Shown: positions 1 through 6,676 of the stretch, piece by piece
How positions within the stretch are numbered: position 1 is the stretch's first letter
How the letters are laid out: each line of letters starts with the position of its first letter
Assembly: GCA_001949185.1 (NCBI GenBank)
Contig: BDGG01000042.1
Coordinates: 1-6,676, forward strand
DNA: 6,676 nucleotides
Origin: Ramazzottius varieornatus
Lineage: Eukaryota > Animalia > Tardigrada
Reading direction: 5' to 3'
The notes under the pieces: model-generated
Told to the model about the DNA's origin: nothing
What the model saw: the letters and a program-made list of their open reading frames with translations, nothing else
The model's database searches: none
Program-made: the position numbers and the translations under genes

Positions 1-237
1 GGAAAAAGCTTCTTGGGCTGTTGGGAGAGCAAGAATGTGACGACCTCTGTAATTAAGTGCGTTGAATCGAATTTTACCAATACTCATATTTTCTCTATCC
101 GGATTCAATGTGCATTCTGTTTTATGCGTTATACTGAGAAACCTCCCGGTAATAATATCATAAATAAGTTCTTCTCTTATTACATTTGCAAGGGTTGAAT
201 CCATCATCGATATTGTTGATTTCTAGTTTCGGTGTTC

Positions 238-286
238 ATGATTTCGAGTCATCTAATTATAATATGCATATGTGTGTGTCTCGCTG
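238..286 (+). CDS. Possible signal-peptide exon (MISSHLIIICICVCLA) of the cystine-knot gene
   Basis: ATG at 238, hydrophobic run, then G|GTAATC donor at 287 (phase 1). I could not find a phase-compatible stop-free link to the 457-598 exon. Confidence 0.25.
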
Positions 287-456
287 GTAATCGTTGCACT
301 TGATCAGACCTATTTATCCAAAATGGGTATGAGTGACGTTCGCTAACTTAATTTGAGACATATAATTTGATCAGTCAATATGGAACTTTCGTCACACGGA
401 CTTCCTGTCTAGTGCGAAACATACGCAAGAACTAGAGGTGATCATTGCATAATTAG

Positions 457-1035
457 CGTGGTAGATACGATGTGTACTGCATGAAAGGGCTTCTGACGAT
501 AGAAAACTTTATCGTTAAGCGATGCAAGGACATCGAAGGATGTCCTTCGCGTACCCACACGCATGCCGAAAATAAAAAGAAATCAAAAAGCTATGCAAGT
601 AAGTGTCGGCTCACCATGACAAGACGATGCGTTAAGACGATGCGCCAAAGATGCTCTACTCGATGCAAAATTGGTTTACAGTGAGAAAATCGTCGTCTCG
701 TCAATCACTTTCGCGATTTGTTGCTACTCTAATAAAAATTTGACCGTCTAACATCATCAATATAAGTTCACGAATTTTATTTTGCTTACCTTACAGCACT
801 TCCAGCAGAAATAACTTGTTTAAACCAAACTGAATCCAAGCGAGATAGGTGCCGTTATCTGTTTGAAATACATTTGGTATCAAAACAATCGCATTTCGTT
901 CATCAAAACCAGCTCTACAATTGTACAGATGTAGCCGAGGTCGCAAGAATCCAGAGGATAGACTATCTGGAACATGGTAAAAAATCTTGCCGTACATTTA
1001 ATCACTTTGTTGCTTGTCGGTGTTCCGGACATTGA
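457..1035 (+). CDS. Putative secreted cystine-knot protein (IL-17/PTTH-trunk/noggin-like Cys pattern); two resolved exons ~457-598 and 797-1035, 5' end unresolved
   Basis: Donor A|GTAAGT at 599 (phase 1) matches pyrimidine-rich acceptor TTACAG| at 796 (phase 1). Joined peptide: ...MKGLLTIENFIVKR-CKDIEGCPSRTHTHAENKKKSKSYATLPAEITCLNQTESKRDRCRYLFEIHLVSKQSHFVHQNQLYNCTDVAEVARIQRIDYLEHGKKSCRTFNHFVACRCSGH* (TGA 1033-1035). Eight Cys after a KR site, terminal VACxC, N-glycosylation sequons NQT and NCT. Exon start could be 457, 465 or ATG 481. Confidence 0.55.
621..644. repeat. Short tandem duplication AAGACGATGCG x2 (period 13) in intron
   Basis: Identical 11-mers at 621-631 and 634-644, with further GATGC echoes to ~666. 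Confidence 0.6.
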
Positions 1036-1650
1036 CTGCATTGCCTTTCCCTGGGACGAAGACAGCCGTCGTATGGTCATTTACGGTATTGTGTTGGATT
1101 AGGAAAATTACTGAAACTTCGACAACCTATGCTCATTCGGCTTGCGTTCATTACGTGGCTATAGTTACCATGCGTTCACATTGTGAGTCTTTTAGGTTGG
1201 TGAAAATTCGGTACAGAGACCTGGGAAAAGGGCCTGCTCAGTACATTTACGGAGGAGACTGCGACACCTTTTCTTCCAGTCGGTTTACCAGATATTCACG
1301 ATTTTCTGTCTGATAAATTATAAATGAACTATCAATATTGATGAGCTGCCTTTCAAAATAGATATACTCTGTATTTTCAGTATTGTCTAGGAGAAGAACC
1401 TCTACCTTCTGTGCCAAGAATCACGGGCCGTATAACCTTCGATACCATTTCTTGATTAGCAGTACCAGGTAGTATGACAGTACTTAACGAAATGTAGGTG
1501 TTTGAGTGTCGGTGTAAGTGGAACAAAAGCAAGATTCGCTGTACGTTATGATATACATTGGAAGAGTAACTAAGCTGATACACTTCCCTCAAAACCAAAA
1601 TGAACGTTCAACACGATGATGCAGTAAACGAGAAACGAAATATACAACTT

Positions 1651-1737
1651 TCATTGTTCTGTCAAGGAGAAATCTTTGAAAGCGATAAACGTGTCCTTGG
1701 CGGGAGCGTAGGTTGGGTCATTTCCGCCGAAGAAAGT
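1651..1737 (-). CDS. PL14 exon 4
   Basis: TTTTGCAG|TFFGGNDPTYAPAKDTFIAFKDFSLTEQ*; carries the conserved TFFGG motif; 87 nt. Confidence 0.9.
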   Translation of the reverse strand, partial: TFFGGNDPTYAPAKDTFIAFKDFSLTEQ

Positions 1738-3052
1738 CTGCAAAACGGATCTGTTAATTTTGCCGCGTATTACTTGTTGTCGTTTTCGCTATTTGGACCT
1801 AGCCGTCGCTATTGCCAGCTGATTCTAATCTTAGCATCGACTGTTACTTATTCATTTGCGAGATGCCGTCATAAATCATATTAATCTTAATTTGAGATCA
1901 TTGGCTGTTCTGCAAATGTGGGAAATTTTGATTTTTAAATGTCCCCGCCTCAGTAATAAAGTACAGCAAAGTATCTTATTTGATGTTTGACTCATAACAG
2001 AAATTCGAACAGTATTAATTTTTATGTTTACCTGGAACATGATGCCTTCAATTTGGACTAAAGGACGAGTGCGCCAAATCATCTTGTCAAAGTCAACAGC
2101 AGGTTTACCGTTGATCATCAGCTTGACTACACCATCAGGAACAGGCCTGCCACCTCGAACCGAATTCATCTTCATGTACAACTTGACAGTATTCCAATGC
2201 TCGGTCTGGAATGTCTGTACACCACGACCCATGGATGTGCCAATAGAGCCATCACTGAAGAAGCCAGGAATGCGTTCGATAGCTAGGTCCTGGTTGCCCG
2301 GTGCATAGACGTAGGCTTCAGCCTGTCCACCAGCACGCCACATGACACGGTAAGAGAAGCCATCAGGGTCGTCGTGGTTGCCACCAGACTGGCCAAACTT
2401 GCTGTACAAACCCGGAAGCTTACCACCTTTGACCCATTCGAAATTCTTGGGAAAATACACCTGTTTGGAAAAACAATAATATCTCAACCTTCAAGCTATT
2501 CAAATTGTCGAGGAAAAATATAAATACATGCAGGTGAAAATAAAAATAATTTTTACCGTATACCAATGTAGATAATCATTCCAATCATTTAATTGCTCAT
2601 GAACCCTGAAAGCTTTTTTGGTGTTTACCTTGTAGCTTAAAGCAACGGCGTCGCGGTTGAAAACATTAAGTCCAGGTTTCGAGTAGAAAGCAAGTCCTCC
2701 TTGTTGACCATTACGACCTGTCTTAGACGCATACGCTCCAGCGGGGAAGTTAACCTGTTTCCCGTATTGAAGCAATAAATTTAATTAGTATTATTATCCA
2801 GGCAGCTCAGCCCTCGCTGTACAGTTTGGGGAGCATCCAACACTTGGCTAGATTAGATTGCATTACCTGTATAGCTTTGTCTCAGTTGAATAGTCCGCCA
2901 GCCGGGTCCTTGGTCACATTAATGGTATTCCACAGGTTCTTGATGACGTTAAAATTCCCAAAATCCTTGCTTCCTTCCCACAAGGCTGATTTAGCGCTGG
3001 CCGATGTAGCAACAACGGCCAGAACCACGAAAAACCACAAGGGATGCGTCAT
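1651..3052 (-). CDS. Polysaccharide lyase family 14 (alginate lyase-like), secreted, 4 exons, 275 codons; in-frame TGA at codon 57 (possible pseudogene/null allele)
   Basis: Exons 3052-2867, 2754-2629, 2460-2032, 1737-1651; all three introns phase 0 with (C/A)AG|GTAA donors and CAG acceptors. Signal peptide MTHPLWFFVVLAVVATSASA; PL14 motifs LSYKVYFPKNFEWVKGGKLPGL, GFSYRVMWR, EAYVY, WNTVKLYMKMN, DG, GIMFQTFFGG. Stop TGA 1653-1651. Confidence 0.92.
2032..2460 (-). CDS. PL14 exon 3 (catalytic core)
   Basis: AAACAG|VYFPKNFEWVKGGKLPGL...FSYRVMWR...EAYVY...IEGIMFQ|GTAAAC; 429 nt, inside the 1876..2487 ORF. Confidence 0.93.
2629..2754 (-). CDS. PL14 exon 2
   Basis: AAACAG|VNFPAGAYASKTGRNGQQGGLAFYSKPGLNVFNRDAVALSYK|GTAAAC; 126 nt. 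Confidence 0.88.
2867..3052 (-). CDS. PL14 exon 1 (signal peptide; contains TGA at 2884-2882)
   Basis: MTHPLWFFVVLAVVATSASAKSALWEGSKDFGNFNVIKNLWNTINVTKDPAGGLFN*DKAIQ followed by GTAATG; 186 nt, phase 0. Confidence 0.8.
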
Positions 3053-3589
3053 ACTTGAAACTAACTGAAATGCTTCTAAACGAAATGTGTAGTTTGATCA
3101 AAAGCAAATAACTCTCCATAAGCCATCGATTAACTAGCAGGCCAGCATTAAGTCTTGATATATTCGCTGTGATTTGTGCTGATCACAGTTCTCGATAACG
3201 TAATGTTTCATCGCATTCAGTGAAATTGAGCGTTCGGACTTTGGTGTGCATCAGATAAGGCACCATGCAACCGAGAGACTTTAATCAATCTATTCCCGAA
3301 ATGTTCTTCGAACCTTCGCAGTACGGGTTGCGTGATAAACTGGGCAGAACGGGCCAAACCCCGTGACTAAAGCGAGTACAGAGTATTGTAAGAATATATT
3401 TGTCGCACGATCTTCCGTAAAGCATCCTCACGGTAGTAAAGTATGTTATATAGCATTTGTGGTCGGTGATTCAGTTCAAATACGTTAGCCATTTTATGAA
3501 TAGAAAATCTGCGGTTTCTTGCCTCGCTAGACGCTCAGGGAACCGCACTCTAGCTGCCATATTTTCTCCCCTTACAGGTCTACAAAGGC

Positions 3590-3871
3590 ATGTCCTAACC
3601 CCTCACTCCTGTTCCAAAATTTTATAGTGATTTACTGGATAGAGCCGATCTCATGAGAATTCTGTTGATTGAACCGAACTAGTGAATTTTTCATCATTGT
3701 AGCTGAATTGAGTCACGTTACGGCAACAGATTGCTTTCTGTGAGGATTGCGAAGGTAGCTCCGAGCAAGAAGTTGCTCAGAACGTTCGATTTATCCGGGT
3801 AGCCGCGGCGGCGAGGTTAAGAATTAAAGAGAGAAATTTGAATATTCTTTTTCGAGGGGAGGTTAGGACAT
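3590..3871. repeat. Inverted repeat pair (ATGTCCTAACC ... GGTTAGGACAT), possible MITE remnant
   Basis: Perfect 11-bp inverted match 3590-3600 / 3861-3871, imperfectly extended inward (CCTCAC vs GAGGGGA); no target-site duplication seen. Confidence 0.3.
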
Positions 3872-5046
3872 TAACTTCGCTCCATCTAACAAGAAAACTC
3901 AAGGGCAAAACTAACGCTGCTGCTATAGCATGCTTTATGCCGCGCAAAATCTCCTGTTAAAGACAAAATTAATATATTTTAGAGCGACATATCATCCCAA
4001 ATGCTCATTAAATTTAAAGATATTGGATTCACGGGTGGGACGAAATGGACATTAGACAGAACTGACACCTTTAAATTTGCATACATCGATACATTTTGAG
4101 AACTTCTTTCTTGTCTACGACTGCATTCAGCCACATTCCCCCAATCGACCTTAGGCGCTCATCAGATCTAGAATGCCACTGGTGAAACTTGGTTACGTAG
4201 TGGAAAGAACCTGGAGGGATTGATACGACGGAAGTAGCAGTGAAATGCTCGTGACTGACCTTGCTGATGCTCATGACCATATCGCTGCCCTACGTTTCGG
4301 CCCCTTGATTGGCAACCAAATGGCACAGAGTCTGTGCTATTTTGTCACGTTTCCATCGCAGGCGCCTGTATGAGAAGAACACTTGAAAAAAATAAGATTT
4401 GGAGCACGGTACATTGACGTAGAACAAACGTAGCAATGATTCCAGTTTAATTCTCTTATCTCACTTTAGATTACTGTATATCCTGCATTGATACCTGCGT
4501 TAATTCAGCATCGCATCGTTGGTCAGCAACTTCGTATCTTCTTGCGGGAGTCCTTCCGGACGATATTGAACGAGAAGCGATATGTTCTCCTCAGGAGTCC
4601 ATGCATTAGAAAACTGCAACCAGTACGCACCCGCCACTTGTACGTTCAGCGGTTATTGATAAATAAACCATCCGATATCTCAATGGCTACCGCATCTGAA
4701 TTAACTGGGGGAAAAAAAGAAATTCTGGACATCGTGTGCAAAAAGCACGTCTTTTCTGATTAGATCAATAAATAATCGAAATTTCGCTTCTCAAGACGGT
4801 TAATTAACAACGTTGTTACAGTTGAATCGTCCTGTCAGTTTGTAGTGGATCAGATGAACTTCGAAACTTCTGATCGATGCAGCGTTCTGGTAGATGCCAT
4901 CACATCAAAGTCTGCAGTAAGTTTAATACTGCTTTCGTCTTTTGTAGCGCAACTATTTTTCAGAAATATCACATTGAGCGACGGTTTATTTAATATACGG
5001 CGTCAAATCTGATATTTGTCTGGTTTATGCATTGGATATGTGAAAT

Positions 5047-5990
5047 ATGCAACGACGTGCTGAACTTCTTGGGATGATCATGTTGATGGGGGCCAGTTGC
5101 TTAAGCTGCGTGGAGTTCAACAGAACGGATCTAGCGCGCAACAAATATTTATCAGTTTGGGGAAACTACAGGGGTTATAACAACTACTGGCTCCAACAAA
5201 ATCAAACCAGTCTGAAAGATGACCGTGTTGAACTTCAGTGTGCTGCTGCATCATTCGAACAGTTACACTTGTACAACAGCAATAGCCGGCTATATCTCAG
5301 TGCTTTCTCGGAGGAGAAATTTACCTTTATGTATGGATCAATTGAGACTGATGTCGAAGCGCCCATCGAAGAAACTGACATAGCGGAGTTTTTAATCAAA
5401 TCGGTTCGTTGCAGCATTGCAAACTGTCCAACTGTGGAACAAGTCGGCTTTGCTTTCATCAAGGGTTATCCCACTACAGTTTTCTGCTCCAATCAATACA
5501 TTGACCCAGTGACGGGCGGAACATTCATAGACCAGAGACGGTATACTTTACCTGGCGGCACGTACACCATCCAAGAGGGAACCGTATGTTCAGCTGTTAC
5601 TTAATACTGTAGAACAATCGTATACCGGTAATCAACGGCTAAATAACACAAACCCGCGTTTTGCTGTTCATGTTTTATTTTTCTACATGTAGTACAACAC
5701 GAAACATCACTATCAAATGATATGGTCGCAAAAGTTTGTGACTTGCCTGATCGATCAACATGTTATAGCCAATTTCACCAATCAACTAGCTCTTTCCAGA
5801 GGAGCCCACTATGTTGATATGGGCCTTTTCTGTTCAAAAACGGCTTGGAGGATGGAGGGATCATCCAAAAATACCTTCACACTTTCGAACATATCGTACA
5901 CGGATTTACCAGACCGTAAGTATGGCAAACGCTATTCACAATAATCGTGTATTACCTTTGCGGAATACTTGTTTTTTAGCCCAAGGATAA
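5047..5990 (+). CDS. Secreted GH16/ConA-like beta-jelly-roll protein, probably non-catalytic; 3 exons, ~256 aa
   Basis: Exons 5047-5583, 5693-5915, 5980-5990; donors ACC|GTATGT (5584) and C|GTAAGT (5916); acceptors ATGTAG| (5692) and TTTTTTAG| (5979); phases consistent (0 then 1), ending ...TDLPDPQG*. GH16-like blocks KFTFMYGSIETDVEAP (cf. FxYGxxExRxKxP) and HHYQMIWSQKFVTCLIDQHVI (cf. FHxYxxxWxPxxIxWYxDG). Hydrophobic N-terminus; sequons NRT, NQT, NFT, NIS. If intron 2 is retained the frame stops at 5944. Confidence 0.72.
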
Positions 5991-6003
5991 AGACATGATC
6001 TTC

Positions 6004-6676
6004 CAGAGCACTGGGCAGAAATCACATTGCGTCAACACCGATCACCAGCCATCGCAATGCTTTGTTTTAATTAGACAGTCGGAATCCCCTGGTCCGTGCC
6101 AGTTCTGAGTTGGCTGTTATGCGCCGAACGAAGCCTGAATCAAGTTTAACCCTGATCAGACGCAGCTCTAACCCTCCACTGTCAGGCCCCGGCAATGGTC
6201 CATAGCCAGGCAAAGCTAGCCGATGCCGAAACACCAACCAACCACCCAGCCACAGTCCCTCACCGAAGCCACGGCAGCTTCAAGCTAGAGCCCATTCGGC
6301 CCAGCCCTCAGAGCCAATCTTTTTCCCAAAGTTACAGATCCATTTTGCCGACTTCCCTTACCTACATGCTTCTAGTGGACGAGAGGCTGTTCACCTTGGA
6401 GACCTGCTGCGGATATGGGTACGATCCGGCACGAAAATCACACTCTCCCTCAGATTTTCAAGGACCGACACGTGCGCACCAGACACCGCAAGAACCGCGG
6501 TGCTCTACGGTCACCATCTCCCTATCGCCGGATGATCCGATTCCAGGGAGCCTGTGCCTTATGAAGAAAAGACAACTCTTCCTAGGGCACGTGTCAGCGT
6601 CTCTGAGTTCATTTGCGTTACCGCACATAAAGCCATGGTTTGACCCACGACCAATATCCGATGCCGGGTTCGGGAA
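6004..6676 (-). rRNA. 28S rRNA: 28S (LSU) rRNA fragment, D7-D8 region and flanking core; degenerate, probably a dispersed rDNA pseudogene; continues beyond the window
   Basis: Reverse complement of conserved LSU blocks: CAGAGCACTGGGCAGAAATCACATTGCGTCAACACC, ATCGCAATGCTTTGTTTTAATTAGACAGTCGG, TTTGCCGACTTCCCTTACCTACAT, AGAGGCTGTTCACCTTGGAGACCTGCTGCGGATATGGGTACG. Homology ends abruptly at ~6004; several substitutions in normally invariant positions. Confidence 0.95.

Noticed and set aside
13-198. 61-aa + strand ORF
   Set aside because: TTG start and no motif; may include an exon end of an upstream gene but cannot be supported.
791-1080. - strand ORFs 791..997 and 880..1080
   Set aside because: Opposite the better-supported Cys-rich + strand exon; no recognisable domain.
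1014-1598. ORFs 1014..1313 (+) and 1377..1598 (-)
   Set aside because: Non-ATG starts, no motifs; lie in the presumed convergent 3' UTR region.
2024-2308. 94-aa + strand ORF (also 1600..1884 and 2826..3068)
   Set aside because: Antisense shadows of PL14 exons with no recognisable motifs.
2882-2884. Alternative genetic code (TGA as sense)
   Set aside because: TGA terminates the same gene at 1653-1651 and Trp is encoded by TGG throughout.
3292-3312. Heat-shock element-like TTCccGAA...TTC...GAA
   Set aside because: Only two units are correctly spaced; the third is out of register.
4323-4337. Palindrome GCACAGA-G-TCTGTGC (also 1331-1342, 1601-1610)
   Set aside because: Short isolated palindromes expected by chance; no array or terminator context.
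5235-5462. 75-aa - strand ORF
   Set aside because: Antisense shadow of GH16-like exon 1.
5990-6010. R2/R1-type retrotransposon or group I intron inserted in 28S
   Set aside because: The break is roughly 65-70 nt before the R2 target (TTAAGG/TAGCC), and adjacent DNA is an intron-containing host-type gene with no RT or endonuclease motifs.
1-6676. CRISPR array, tRNA or prokaryotic operon
   Set aside because: No regularly spaced repeats or cloverleaf seen; spliceosomal introns and 28S sequence indicate a eukaryotic nuclear locus.

Overview
Eukaryotic, most likely invertebrate-animal, genomic DNA with short GT-AG introns, so the ORF track fragments the real genes. By manual splicing I read: (1) a + strand gene for a probable secreted cystine-knot protein (IL-17/PTTH-trunk/noggin-like Cys spacing; exons ~457-598 and 797-1035), whose last exon is absent from the ORF track; (2) a four-exon - strand polysaccharide lyase family 14 (alginate-lyase-like) gene (3052-1651) with signal peptide and intact catalytic motifs but one in-frame TGA in exon 1; (3) a divergently transcribed three-exon + strand GH16-fold secreted protein (5047-5990) lacking the ExDxxE catalytic motif; (4) a degenerate 28S rRNA fragment on the - strand (6004 to window end) that starts 13 nt after the GH16-like stop codon and carries many CpG-type transitions. 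All family assignments come from motif recognition by eye; no database search was run.
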